Positions 41,295 to 51,218 of a stretch of 62,000 bases of DNA are shown one piece after another (positions within the stretch are counted from its first letter, which is position 1; each line of letters starts with the position of its first letter). The position numbers were made by a program, and so were the translations under genes. The notes under the pieces are model-generated. The model saw only the letters and a program-made list of their open reading frames with translations. It did not search any database and was not told the origin of the DNA. This DNA comes from Hyalangium minutum (GTDB lineage: Bacteria; Myxococcota; Myxococcia; Myxococcales; Myxococcaceae), in assembly GCF_000737315.1 (NCBI RefSeq), contig NZ_JMCB01000003.1, positions 20,001 to 82,000 of the forward strand. Reading direction: 5' to 3'.

Positions 41295-42208
41295 GGGACC
41301 TGACCTTCAGCGGTGTGCCTGAGTTCACTCCGCACCCACGCTTGATATCCGTGGATGCTCGTGCAGGCTGCGCCCCTTCCCAGGTTCCTGCTGGAGACTC
41401 CGACGAGGAGGGAATGGCCCGAGTCTTCGCGCAGGCAGGGGCCGCCGCTGTCGCCCTTGTAGAGGTGTCCAGACGGTTGCCTCACCAGGATCCTTGAGTC
41501 GCCAGCCACGGGAGGTCTCGTGGCCGTGTTTCTGCTGAACCGGCGGTTTTGATCATAACGATCATAGATCTCATCGTAGGCCTGCCCGGCGATGATGAGG
41601 GTCTCGGGAGGTTGAGCCTCCGTGCGTGCCATAAGGACAGGGGAGATCGCTTCTTCCACGGGACTTTCCAAGTGAATCATCGCAAGGTCCGCGACGCTGG
41701 AGACAACTTCTCCGTGGTCATTCAGGAGCACGCGGAACGCCGGGTGGGGATGGACCACTCCCAGGTAGAGCGCGCTGCTGGAACTGGCTTCATCCTCCAG
41801 GCCTGGGACGGGGGTGTAGAGGATCGTCGAGACGGCCGCCCTCTGGGCGCAGTTCGAAGCATCCATGAGGGAGGCGGACTGCGGGGCGCATAGGCAGTGC
41901 GCAGCTGTCAGGACAGCCCGGCGGTCCACCAGCACGCCGCTGCATCGCTTCGACTGCTCGCCGAGACGGGCGCCGACCACCACCGCCGAGGCGTAGCGGT
42001 TCTCCTTGTCCAACTTGCCCGCGAGCAGGAGCCGATCCGCCTCGATGGTCAGGGCCAGGGACTCCCCGAGCTCCCCAGCGATAGGGCTCGTGACAGTCCT
42101 GGGGGCCGCAGGGGCAGGGGGAGGTCTCGGGGCCTGGCACCCATCGCAGCCCACGAACGCGGTGAGCGCCAGAAAGGCTGTGGCGAGCCAGCCCCGAGGG
42201 GAGGGCAT
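41291..42208 (-). CDS. Trypsin-like (S1) serine protease lipoprotein
   Basis: Lipobox FVGC; TAAHC, DLAMI and GDSGGP triad. Confidence 0.85.
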   Translation of the reverse strand: MPSPRGWLATAFLALTAFVGCDGCQAPRPPPAPAAPRTVTSPIAGELGESLALTIEADRLLLAGKLDKENRYASAVVVGARLGEQSKRCSGVLVDRRAVLTAAHCLCAPQSASLMDASNCAQRAAVSTILYTPVPGLEDEASSSSALYLGVVHPHPAFRVLLNDHGEVVSSVADLAMIHLESPVEEAISPVLMARTEAQPPETLIIAGQAYDEIYDRYDQNRRFSRNTATRPPVAGDSRILVRQPSGHLYKGDSGGPCLREDSGHSLLVGVSSRNLGRGAACTSIHGYQAWVRSELRHTAEGQVP

Positions 42209-42209
42209 C

Positions 42210-43532
42210 TCAGAGGCCGGCCAGCGACATGTTCTGCTGGCGCTTGGACAGCACCTTCACCGGCTGGATCGCCATCACGCGCATGAAGACCTGGAGCAAC
42301 TCCGGGTCGAACTTGTTGCGCATCTCCGTCCACATCAGCATCAGCGACACCTCGGGCCCATACGCATCCCGGTACGGCCGCTTGCTCGTCAGTGCGTCGA
42401 ACGCGTCGCAGATGGCGATGACCTTCGCGTACACCCCGAGGCTCGTCTTCGGGATGATCATCTGGATGTTGCCGCGCGTGTCCCGCACCGCCGTCCCGAA
42501 GTCCGCCTTGTGCTCGAACGTCGTCACCACCCGCAGCAGCGTCGAGCGCGTGATGCTCTTCTCCATCAGGATGTTGCGCACCGAGATCAGCGGCGCCTTC
42601 TGGATCAGCACCTTCTCCTCGGACGTCAGCGCCCCGCGCTTCGTCGCCAGCTCGTCCGGGATCGTCGACATCCCCGCGTCGTGGAACAGCGCGATGTAGC
42701 CCAGGTCCCGCAGCTGCGGCTTCGTCAGCCCCAGCTCCGCCCCGAACACGATGCTCATCAGGCACACGTTCACCTGATGGAACACCAGGTACTCCGACTC
42801 GCGCTTCGTGGTGGTCATCCCCAAGAAGTGCGTTCGCTGATCGTACGAGATGTCCACCAGATCCTGGACGAGCCGCAGCGCCTTGGACGTGTTCATCGGC
42901 TTCCCGGCCCGCACCGACTCCAGGTACTTCTGCAGGAAGAACACCGCGCGCGCGTACACCGTCATCGCGTACTTCTTCCGGTCGACCTTGTAGTCGCCCG
43001 GGTTCTCCAGCTTGTCCGCCTCCTTGGCCAGCTTCTCGCGCAGCTTGGAGAACTTGGCGACCTTCATGTTCAGCAGCTTCCGGTCCGCCAGGCCCTCCTC
43101 GCTCGCCTCCGAGGTCTGCTCCTTGCTGAAGATCCATACGAAGTTCTTCAGCTCCGGCAGGGTGATCGGCTTGGAGATGGAGAACCCACCCACGTCCTTG
43201 GCCCGCATCTCCGACAGCAGGTAGCGCTGGTTCTCGATGGCGTTCAGGTCCACCTTCACCAGCATGCTGTTCAGGTAGAAGGAGTCCTTCACCCCCACCA
43301 GATCCAGCCGCCCCTCCTTGGAGACGATCTGGTTCATGATGTCCTGCAGCTGCGTCAGCGGCTTCTCGAAGACGGCGTTGTCCGGGTCATACATCTTCAC
43401 GGACCGCACCAGCATGTAGAGCCCGGACACCATCCCGCGCGCCAGCGTCTGCAGCTTGTCCGAGTGCGCACGGCCATACTCGCCACCGCTGCTCTCGCTC
43501 TGGGCCTGGGTGATTTTCAAGTTGTCGGCCAT
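42210..43532 (-). CDS. HD-GYP-like protein (GYP motif absent)
   Basis: FHDAG and ICDAFDALTSKRPYR are present; the HHExxDGxGYP segment is replaced. Confidence 0.75.
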   Translation of the reverse strand: MADNLKITQAQSESSGGEYGRAHSDKLQTLARGMVSGLYMLVRSVKMYDPDNAVFEKPLTQLQDIMNQIVSKEGRLDLVGVKDSFYLNSMLVKVDLNAIENQRYLLSEMRAKDVGGFSISKPITLPELKNFVWIFSKEQTSEASEEGLADRKLLNMKVAKFSKLREKLAKEADKLENPGDYKVDRKKYAMTVYARAVFFLQKYLESVRAGKPMNTSKALRLVQDLVDISYDQRTHFLGMTTTKRESEYLVFHQVNVCLMSIVFGAELGLTKPQLRDLGYIALFHDAGMSTIPDELATKRGALTSEEKVLIQKAPLISVRNILMEKSITRSTLLRVVTTFEHKADFGTAVRDTRGNIQMIIPKTSLGVYAKVIAICDAFDALTSKRPYRDAYGPEVSLMLMWTEMRNKFDPELLQVFMRVMAIQPVKVLSKRQQNMSLAGL

Positions 43533-43536
43533 GGCT

Positions 43537-45303
43537 TCATGCCTCCTCTACCGGCGCCGCGTCTCCGAACAGCGCCTTCTTCGTCTGGTACATCGCCTTG
43601 CGCGCCGCGGTGAGCACCTCCACCGGCTGCGACTTGTCCTCCACCACGCCCTGCAGCACCTTGTACGCGTGGATGTTGCACGCGCCCGCCAGCCCCAGGA
43701 TGGCGACCAGCTTGTCGTCCATCACCTTCTTCTTGCTCAGCAGCGAGGGCTTCGCCGACAGGATCTGCGTCAGGAAGGTGAACGCGTTGGGCACGCCCGT
43801 GGAGCCCAGCGCCGAGTAGAAGGCGGCGCGCTCGTCCGCCGTCTTCTTTTCGAAGTCCGAGGCCCGTATCACCCGCAGCACATCGATGTACGCCTTCTCT
43901 GGGTCGAACTCCGGCAGCAGCTTGGCCGCCTGCATCCGTACCTGGGAGACGGGATCGTGCAGCAGCTCCGCGAACAGCTTGCGGCTCTCGGCGGAGTGGC
44001 CCAGGGCGATGATGCTCATCACCTCCAGCTTCACCACCAGGTTCTTCCCCTTGAGCACCGTGCCGAACAGCTTGATCCGCTCCGGGTGCTGGCTCTTCTC
44101 CAGGATGTAGACCATGTCGCGCACGGTCTGCGGCCGGTCCGCTTGCAGCCGGATGACGAATGGATCCGGCCGGTTCTTGGCGAAGCTCGCGAGCACGTCG
44201 CACAACAGGAGCCGGTTCTCTGGCACCTCGATGGTTTCCAGCACCGTGAGCAGCGGGATGATGGCGTGCTCGTCCAGCACCTGCAGGTAGCGGGTGATGT
44301 CCGCCGGGTTCTTCGGCCGGGTGCGCTTGAGGGATTCGCCCAGCCGGTTCAGGCGCTGCTCGTCCGCCATCTTCTGGATGAAGTACGCCAGCAGCCGGGC
44401 GATGGGGCCGTCCAGGTTGTCTTCGCGCTGCGACAGCGCGCGCAGCTTGAGCACCATCTGGTTGATGGTGCCGTAGTCGTCCTGGATGAGCATGGCGTCC
44501 AGCAGCTGGACGAAGATTTCCTCCAGCAGCCCCACGTCATCCACGCCGCCTTCCACGACCTGGAAGATGGCGCTCACCAGCTTGGGGAAGAGGCGCGCGG
44601 TCTCCTCCTCCTCGATTTCTTTCTGCAGCTTGGCCTTCAGCGAGTCTGAGGCATACGTGCCCTCCACCAGCACGCCGCGGATCTGCTCCACGCCCTCCAG
44701 CTGCGCGTCCAGATCGTCCGCCGACACGCGCGCGAAGCGCAGGTAGTCCTCCGAGTTCGTCTGCAGGCGGGAGTAGAGGTAGCTCACCACCTTGTCCACC
44801 TCGACGGCCACCTCCTCCTCGGAGGCGCCGTCCACGGAGAAGCCCTCCACCACCACGTACTCGACGTGCTCCATGCTCGCCTTCCAGAGCTGGGCGAGCG
44901 CGTCTTCCGCGCCACGCTCCGGCTCCGATAGGGCGATCATCGTGAAGGTGACCATCTCCTGCTGCGTGACTCCCGGCCGGAAGATCAGCTGGCGGATGCC
45001 ATCCCGGAAGAACTTGTAGGAGAGCGGCGTGTCCTCGGAGAACAGCGGCTCGTTGTGCAGCAGGAAGTTCTGCTGCTCCACCTTGAGCGACAGCGGGCCG
45101 TGCTTCTCGGTGTACTCGGTGAGCGCGCTCAGTGCCGGGGCGAGGAACTCGGGGTACTTCGCCTCGTTGTGGCGGTACATCCCGATTTGCTTGATGCCTT
45201 TGAGCAGCTGGAAGGTGAAATTCCGCGCCAGGTCCACCTTCTCGCGTATCACTGGATCCGCGGAGCGCTCCGCGGTCTCGTTGGTTTTCTGGGGCGAGGC
45301 CAT
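43537..45303 (-). CDS. HEAT-repeat protein
   Basis: All-helical, with LHDPVSQVRMQAAKLL-type repeats. Confidence 0.75.
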   Translation of the reverse strand: MASPQKTNETAERSADPVIREKVDLARNFTFQLLKGIKQIGMYRHNEAKYPEFLAPALSALTEYTEKHGPLSLKVEQQNFLLHNEPLFSEDTPLSYKFFRDGIRQLIFRPGVTQQEMVTFTMIALSEPERGAEDALAQLWKASMEHVEYVVVEGFSVDGASEEEVAVEVDKVVSYLYSRLQTNSEDYLRFARVSADDLDAQLEGVEQIRGVLVEGTYASDSLKAKLQKEIEEEETARLFPKLVSAIFQVVEGGVDDVGLLEEIFVQLLDAMLIQDDYGTINQMVLKLRALSQREDNLDGPIARLLAYFIQKMADEQRLNRLGESLKRTRPKNPADITRYLQVLDEHAIIPLLTVLETIEVPENRLLLCDVLASFAKNRPDPFVIRLQADRPQTVRDMVYILEKSQHPERIKLFGTVLKGKNLVVKLEVMSIIALGHSAESRKLFAELLHDPVSQVRMQAAKLLPEFDPEKAYIDVLRVIRASDFEKKTADERAAFYSALGSTGVPNAFTFLTQILSAKPSLLSKKKVMDDKLVAILGLAGACNIHAYKVLQGVVEDKSQPVEVLTAARKAMYQTKKALFGDAAPVEEA

Positions 45304-45482
45304 GCGTCCTGGGGGGTTCGGACAGGGTGAGGGAGTCCGAGTCTACTCCCTCATACGCCCCAGGAGATCCCTCTGCATGGGAACTTCCGCTCAGGTATGT
45401 AGGTTGAGAGCCTACCGTGAAAACGGCAGCGCCCCCGCCAGCGAGGGCAGGGGCGCCGGTACGGCTTGGGCCGAGCGGGGCG

Positions 45483-46373
45483 TTACTGGGCCGCCACGGC
45501 GGTGTCCGGATCCACCTCGGCCATGAGCGCGGCCAGCTCGGCCTTGAGCTTGTCCTTGGCGCGGATCTCCAGCTGGCGGGCGCGCTCGCGCGAGAAGCCG
45601 AAGTGCTCGCCCAGCTCCTTGAGCGTCATGGGGCGCTCATTCATGACGCGCTGCTCGATGATGAAGCGCTCGCGGGGATCCAGCCGCATCAGCGCGGTGC
45701 GGACGCGGGCGTTGATGAGGCCCGCCTCCTCCTTGTCGGCGAACTCGTCATCCTGCGGGGCGCTGGCGCTCACCACGAAGTCCACGTGGCTGTTGCCGCC
45801 GTCCTCGCCCATGGGCGCGTCCAGGGAGAGATCGCGGCCGCCCATGCGCTGCTCCATCTCGCGCACCTCGCCCGGCTTCACGTGCAGCTTGCGGGCGATG
45901 TCGTCCACATTCACCACGTCGCCATCGGGAGTGCCGAACTTCTCCAGCTCGCGGCGGGTGCGCGCCAAGCTGAAGAACAGCTTGCGTTGAGCCTGCGTCG
46001 TCCCCAGTTTTACCAAAGACCAAGACTTGAGAATGTAGTTCTGGATGTACGCGCGGATCCACCACACCGCGTAGGAGATGAGGCGGATGCCCTTGTCCGG
46101 ATCGAACTTCTGCACGGCCTTCATCAGGCCGATGTTCCCTTCCTGGATGAGGTCGCTCATCTTGATGCCGTAGGAGCGGTACTCGTAGGCGACCTTCACG
46201 ACGAAGCGCAGGTTGCTCGTCACCAGCCGGTGGCCCGCGGACAGGTCCCCCTTGAGGAACTTCCGGGCCAGCGCTTGCTCCTCCTCCACCGTGAGCAGCG
46301 AGTAGTGGTTGATCTCCGAGAGGTACATCGCCAGGGAGCCGGAGTTGGAAGACTGCTCGTGGGTGTTTTGCAT
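45483..46373 (-). CDS. sigB: RpoH/sigma32-family sigma factor (SigB-like)
   Basis: [31 protein letters not shown] and the RpoH box [10 protein letters not shown]; sigB name inferred from synteny recalled from memory. Confidence 0.8.
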   Translation of the reverse strand: MQNTHEQSSNSGSLAMYLSEINHYSLLTVEEEQALARKFLKGDLSAGHRLVTSNLRFVVKVAYEYRSYGIKMSDLIQEGNIGLMKAVQKFDPDKGIRLISYAVWWIRAYIQNYILKSWSLVKLGTTQAQRKLFFSLARTRRELEKFGTPDGDVVNVDDIARKLHVKPGEVREMEQRMGGRDLSLDAPMGEDGGNSHVDFVVSASAPQDDEFADKEEAGLINARVRTALMRLDPRERFIIEQRVMNERPMTLKELGEHFGFSRERARQLEIRAKDKLKAELAALMAEVDPDTAVAAQ

Positions 46374-46456
46374 GGTTCAGTTCTCCCGACGGCGGGCTTC
46401 AGATGAGCCCGTGATGAGTGTGGGGACCGCTTGTCGACCGCACGCTGGATGTCATG

Positions 46457-46472
46457 AGCAACCGCAGTGCCA
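46457..46472 (-). promoter_or_regulatory. Sigma54 -24/-12 promoter of the sigma factor gene
   Basis: Minus strand TGGCACT-GCGG-TTGCT, exact GG-N10-GC, about 85 nt upstream of the ATG. Confidence 0.75.
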
Positions 46473-46743
46473 GCCCCCGTTGACAAAAAATCCCCTGAGA
46501 CTGCGCGGGGTTGACTCGGATCCCCTCGGAAGGGGGGACCCGCGGGTGGAAAGCGTTACAGACCGGCGCCGGAAACCTCCGTTCCCACGGTCTGTAGAAG
46601 TTGCGCGACTGTGTTTCAGTCACCTCCGAGCCCAAGGGGAAGAAATGGGACGAGTCTCCCTGCTTTCAAACCCTCTAACGGGGCGCGAGGTTGTCGTCCG
46701 AAGGGCAGACACGCTCGAACCCTCGGAGGGCGAGCGAGGTGGC

Positions 46744-48741
46744 TCAGGCGGCGCGGCGGGTCTCGAGGTAGCGGCGCAGCGGGGCGAGCAGGCGCTCTGC
46801 CTCTCCGGCCGCGAGGGGGCGCTGGCCGAAGCGGGCTTCCAGGTAGCGCCGGGTGATGGGGGCCAAGGGCTCGGCCAGGGAGTGCTGCTCGCGGACGAGG
46901 CGCGTGGTGAGCTCCTCCAGCGACTCATCCGAGCGAGGGCGCAGGCCTGCTTCGCGCAGCAGGCCCTCCACGGAATCGATCAGCTGCGTGGCGGCGTGCG
47001 GGCGGGGCGCGGACAGACGGCCTGAGAGGATGCGCCACGTGCCGTAGGTGAGCAGGCCCACCAGCAGCGCCAGGCCCCAGATGCGGGCCGGGGGGAGGCG
47101 GGAGGACGTGCGGCCGGGCTCGCGCGGCGGACGGATGAGCTTCTGGGCCGCGTCCAGCTGATCTCTCAGCGAGTAGTCGATAACGGAGGTGCGCCAGCGG
47201 GCCTCGATCGCCTCGTAGAGGCCGGTGAGGAACTCGAGCGCGGGCAGGGACTGGCTGGCCCGGTTGCTCGGAGGCGTCGCGTCGATCGTGACAAAGCCTC
47301 GCTCGGGAACGAGCACGTGCGTCCAGGCGTGCGCATCTCCGGCGCGGAGGATGTAATCCTCGGTGGAGCGCTCGCCGCCGAAGAAGCCCGTGGACAGCCG
47401 CGCGGAGATTCCCTGGGTGCGCAGCATGATCGTCAGTGCGGTGGCGAAGTGCTCGCAATGGCCCGCTTTGCGCTCGAAGAGGAAGTCCGCGAGGGGATCC
47501 TCCACGTCCCCGCTGAGCTCCAGCGTGTATGCGTACTCGCGCTGCAGCCAGGCGGACAGCTTCTGGGCGGCCTTCAGGGGATCCGTCTCTCCGTCGAGCA
47601 CCTTGCGCGCCAGCGCCTCCACGCGCGGATCCAGCCGGTCCGGCAGCGCCAGGAGCTGGCCGCGCTCGACCTCGGTGAGCGAGGTGGAGGCATCCTCCTC
47701 GGGAGGGACGCTGGTGGCCTCGTAGGCGTAGGCGAGGGCGTTCTCGGTGAAGCGCACCTCACCGCCACCGAGCTCCATGAGAGAGGTGCGGCGGGTGCCG
47801 CTCGCCTGATGGGCCACCGCGTTGCCCAGGCGCGTGGGCGTCTCGAGCGCCACCAGGGTTCGGGCGCCATACGCGGGCAGCAGTTCGATGCGCTGGTGGA
47901 TGGACTGCTCGCCGCCGGGGCGCAGTGTCACCCGTGGGCGCGAGCGCTTGGGGTTGTTGCCCACGCTCGTCCACTCCTGCCCATCGAAGATGTCATAGGT
48001 TCGGGCCACCCAGTAGGCGCCCAGGTGCTCCACGCCGGGATCGGGCGTGATGTGGGCGCGCAGCACCACGCGAGGGTTGCTCTTGAGCGTCCCCGCGCCG
48101 CCCAGGCGCACCGTGTCCGCCAGGCCAGTGGTGGCGCCCAGGCCCGGTCCGGTCCTTCGGCCGGCCATGCTCCAGTTGAGGCGAGGGAAGAGGACGAAGA
48201 AGGCCAGCGCGCCCAGCAGCGCGAAGCACAGGCCCAGGGAGAGCGGACGCACCACCTCGCGCACGGGCAGGGGCTCGCCCTCGGGGACGGCGGCCTCCAC
48301 CACGGTCAGTCCCATGGACAGGCTGGCGAAGACTGCGTAGGCCACCAGGAACAGGGCAAACGTCAGCTCACCGGAGAGCGCCGCGCCGCCAGCCACCATC
48401 AGCAGGCCGGTCAGCTGCACCTGCCCATCCGTGCGTGAGTCCGGCGTGGACAGGAGCCGGTGGGCGGCGATGAGGCCCGCGAAGGCGCACGCGGCCACCA
48501 CGAGATCGAGCTGCCCGACGTACACGGAGAGCCCGAGCATCGCGGCCAGCACCAGCAGCAGCACGGAGGTGCTCTTCGCTCGCTGGGCGAACAGGCGCTT
48601 GCCGAGGAGCGCGCACACGAGCGCCACGCCGAAGAGGCCGATCGCCCATGCGGGCAGCTGGCCGGACACGGCCATGGAGCCGAACGCCGCTCCGGCGCCC
48701 AGATCGCGCAGCCTCAGCCGGAGCCGGGAGGGAGAGCTCAT
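46744..48741 (-). CDS. TgpA-like membrane transglutaminase (DUF3488)
   Basis: N-terminal TM segments; GHCEHFATA and AHAWTHV. Confidence 0.88.
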   Translation of the reverse strand: MSSPSRLRLRLRDLGAGAAFGSMAVSGQLPAWAIGLFGVALVCALLGKRLFAQRAKSTSVLLLVLAAMLGLSVYVGQLDLVVAACAFAGLIAAHRLLSTPDSRTDGQVQLTGLLMVAGGAALSGELTFALFLVAYAVFASLSMGLTVVEAAVPEGEPLPVREVVRPLSLGLCFALLGALAFFVLFPRLNWSMAGRRTGPGLGATTGLADTVRLGGAGTLKSNPRVVLRAHITPDPGVEHLGAYWVARTYDIFDGQEWTSVGNNPKRSRPRVTLRPGGEQSIHQRIELLPAYGARTLVALETPTRLGNAVAHQASGTRRTSLMELGGGEVRFTENALAYAYEATSVPPEEDASTSLTEVERGQLLALPDRLDPRVEALARKVLDGETDPLKAAQKLSAWLQREYAYTLELSGDVEDPLADFLFERKAGHCEHFATALTIMLRTQGISARLSTGFFGGERSTEDYILRAGDAHAWTHVLVPERGFVTIDATPPSNRASQSLPALEFLTGLYEAIEARWRTSVIDYSLRDQLDAAQKLIRPPREPGRTSSRLPPARIWGLALLVGLLTYGTWRILSGRLSAPRPHAATQLIDSVEGLLREAGLRPRSDESLEELTTRLVREQHSLAEPLAPITRRYLEARFGQRPLAAGEAERLLAPLRRYLETRRAA

Positions 48742-49709
48742 GCCGCCTGCTCCTCCTTCTCCCGCTGATCCTCGAAGCCCACCCAGGCCAGGGCCCGGAG
48801 GATGCGCCGCTCTTGGGCACTGCCCGCTGCGGGGCGCAGACGCTCGCCGGGCGTCTCCAGGCCCACCTCATTGCCGGCCTCGATCAGATCGTGGGTGAGC
48901 GCCGCCACCTCCTCGCAGCGCCGATCGAGGGCCTCCCCTTGGAGCCCTCCCTCCACGGTGAGTACATAGGTGCGGCGCTCCTCGCGCTCGCGCTCCACCT
49001 TGAGGAGCTTCCCCACGGAGGCGCTCTTGCGCCAGTGCACGCGGCGCGCATCCTCGGTGGGCCCCAGCTCGCGCAGGCCCGCCACGTCGCCGGTGCCATC
49101 ATTGCTGCGAGGGGTGCTCGCGTCGCCGTACGCGCCCTGCAGCGCCCGGCCCGGCAGCTGGCACGCGTAGCCTCGGCGCGGGTACACCAGCAGGGTGCCG
49201 TCCAGCTCGAACACGCGTGTCTTGGCGAAGAGGCCCAGCGGCCATGTCGTGGTGAGCCGGACGCCGCTCAGCCGCAGGGGCCCTCGGCGGGGTGCGGTCA
49301 GGTCCGCGCGGACGACGTGCTCCACACGCGTGCGCAGGTAGCCCACGCGGCCCTCGCCAGTGAGCGGGCTGTCCACCTCGCTCAGCGTGAGAGCGAAGGA
49401 GTTGCCCAGGCGGCGGGTGAGGGCCCAGCGGAAGGCGAAGGGCTCGCCCGCGAAGGCGGACTCGGTGCCCAAGCGGCGGATCGTGAGGTAGCGCAGGCAG
49501 CGCTCGGAGAGCACGCCGGAGGCCACCACCATGGCCAGCAGCAAGCCGAGCACGAGGTAGAGCAGGTTGTTGCCGGTGTTCAGCGCGCCCAGGCCCACGC
49601 CGAACGTCACCACGAGGTACGTGCGCCCCACGCGCGTCACCTTCAAGGTGCGCGGAGGGCGCAGCAGGGCGCGCAGCCGCGCCCACTTCGCCTGGAGCCA
49701 CGTCTTCAC
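48738..49709 (-). CDS. DUF58 protein
   Basis: GTG at 49709 overlaps the MoxR stop; NTGNNLLY and LRELGPTEDARRVHWRKSA. Confidence 0.85.
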   Translation of the reverse strand: MKTWLQAKWARLRALLRPPRTLKVTRVGRTYLVVTFGVGLGALNTGNNLLYLVLGLLLAMVVASGVLSERCLRYLTIRRLGTESAFAGEPFAFRWALTRRLGNSFALTLSEVDSPLTGEGRVGYLRTRVEHVVRADLTAPRRGPLRLSGVRLTTTWPLGLFAKTRVFELDGTLLVYPRRGYACQLPGRALQGAYGDASTPRSNDGTGDVAGLRELGPTEDARRVHWRKSASVGKLLKVEREREERRTYVLTVEGGLQGEALDRRCEEVAALTHDLIEAGNEVGLETPGERLRPAAGSAQERRILRALAWVGFEDQREKEEQAA

Positions 49710-50686
49710 CGAGGTGCTGCCACCTTTCGGGAGATCTCCTCGACCAGGTGCGCCGCCTCGTCCCGGGCCGCCGCGCCCTGCACGTTGCTGCGCAGCAGGA
49801 GCCGGTGCGCCAGGCACGGTACCAGCACCGCGCGGATGTCCCCCGGCGTCACGAAGTCACGCCCCTCCCACAGGGCATGCGCCCGGGCCGCCGAGCCCAC
49901 CGCCAGCACCGCGCGGGTGGAAGCACCGCGCTCGATGTCGCCGTGCTCGCGCGTGGCCCGGGCCAGCCGGACGACGTACTCCGCCACGGCCTCGTCGATG
50001 CGCATCTCCGCGGCGAGCGCCCGCAGGCCGCTCAGCTCCTCCGGCCCGGTGACGGGCTCCAGTGCATCCACCGGAGGCGTCCGCCCGCGCGTGGTGAGCA
50101 GCCGCGCTTCGACTTCGGGGGCCGGGTGCCCCAGCGACAGCCGCATGAGGAAGCGATCCAGCTGCGAGTCCGGAAGCGGATAGGTACCCGTGAGATCCAG
50201 CGGGTTCTGCGTGGCCACCACCGTGAAGGGGGAGGGCAGGGGATAGGTGTTCCCATCCATCGACACCTGTCCCTGCGCCATGCCCTCGAGAAGGGCGGAT
50301 TGGGTGCGCGGGGGCGCGCGGTTGAGCTCATCGGCCAGCACGAGCTGCCGGAAGATGGGCCCCTGGCGGAAGGAGAAGGTGGCGTTGGTGGCGTTGAACA
50401 CCTGCGCGCCCAGGATGTCCGCGGGCATCAGGTCCGCGGTGAACTGGATGCGCGAGAAGCTCAGCCCACAGGAGCGCGCCAGCGCCTCGGCCAGCGTCGT
50501 CTTGCCCACGCCGGGCACGTCCTCCAAGAGGAGGTGGCCTCCAGCGATGAGACAGGTGACGGTGAGGCGGGCTTGGGCCTCCTTTCCCTGCACCACGCTC
50601 GACAGGTGAGCGGAGATCCGCTCCATGACCGAGCGCGCGGAATCAACAGGGGGGGCGGAGGCGATGGCGCGGGCAGGTTGGTTCAT
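49706..50686 (-). CDS. MoxR-family AAA+ ATPase
   Basis: LEDVPGVGKT, RIQFTADLMP, ADELNRAPPRTQSALLE and ATQNP. Confidence 0.92.
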   Translation of the reverse strand: MNQPARAIASAPPVDSARSVMERISAHLSSVVQGKEAQARLTVTCLIAGGHLLLEDVPGVGKTTLAEALARSCGLSFSRIQFTADLMPADILGAQVFNATNATFSFRQGPIFRQLVLADELNRAPPRTQSALLEGMAQGQVSMDGNTYPLPSPFTVVATQNPLDLTGTYPLPDSQLDRFLMRLSLGHPAPEVEARLLTTRGRTPPVDALEPVTGPEELSGLRALAAEMRIDEAVAEYVVRLARATREHGDIERGASTRAVLAVGSAARAHALWEGRDFVTPGDIRAVLVPCLAHRLLLRSNVQGAAARDEAAHLVEEISRKVAAPR

Positions 50687-50750
50687 CTGTCCGCGCAGTC
50701 TACCCGAGGCGTCTCGGGGGAGGGACTGCTCGCTGCCTAAGCAACCAACT

Positions 50751-51071
50751 TCAGGCGAGGATCTCTTCCGGCGTGTAGTAGGCCCGGGGCTCCGAGCCCG
50801 TGCTCACCCCGAAATAGCGGAACATCCGCTCGTGGTGCCCGGCCAGCCCGCGCAGCTCCACCTTGTTGTGCGCGCCCAGATCCTTGGTCAGCACCACCAC
50901 CGCTGTGTCCTTGAACTCGCGCAGGTGCGCGAAGTCCAGCACCACCTCGCGGGAGCCCAGAGCCTCCAGCGAGTGACGCAGCTGCGCCGCCGTGCGCCAG
51001 TCCAGCGTCCCCTCGAGCCGAAGGGTGATGCGCCCTGCGAGCTCTTCCTGGTGGATTTGCAGCCCCGACAT
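50751..51071 (-). CDS. STAS-domain (anti-anti-sigma-like) protein
   Basis: LRLEGTLD..VVLDFAHLREFKD; SD GGGAG before the ATG at 51071. Confidence 0.7.
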   Translation of the reverse strand: MSGLQIHQEELAGRITLRLEGTLDWRTAAQLRHSLEALGSREVVLDFAHLREFKDTAVVVLTKDLGAHNKVELRGLAGHHERMFRYFGVSTGSEPRAYYTPEEILA

Positions 51072-51218
51072 GATGGTCGTCTCCCTAAATATTGGAAATT
51101 CCGAGGGGTGTTCCTGTGTGGAGGGCACAATTCGCGCAAACCCCGGGCTTTTGCATCCCCCCCCGGCATTTATTGCGCGAAATGTTCTGCACCCACCGGA
51201 ATGGGTGTTGCACAGCGG

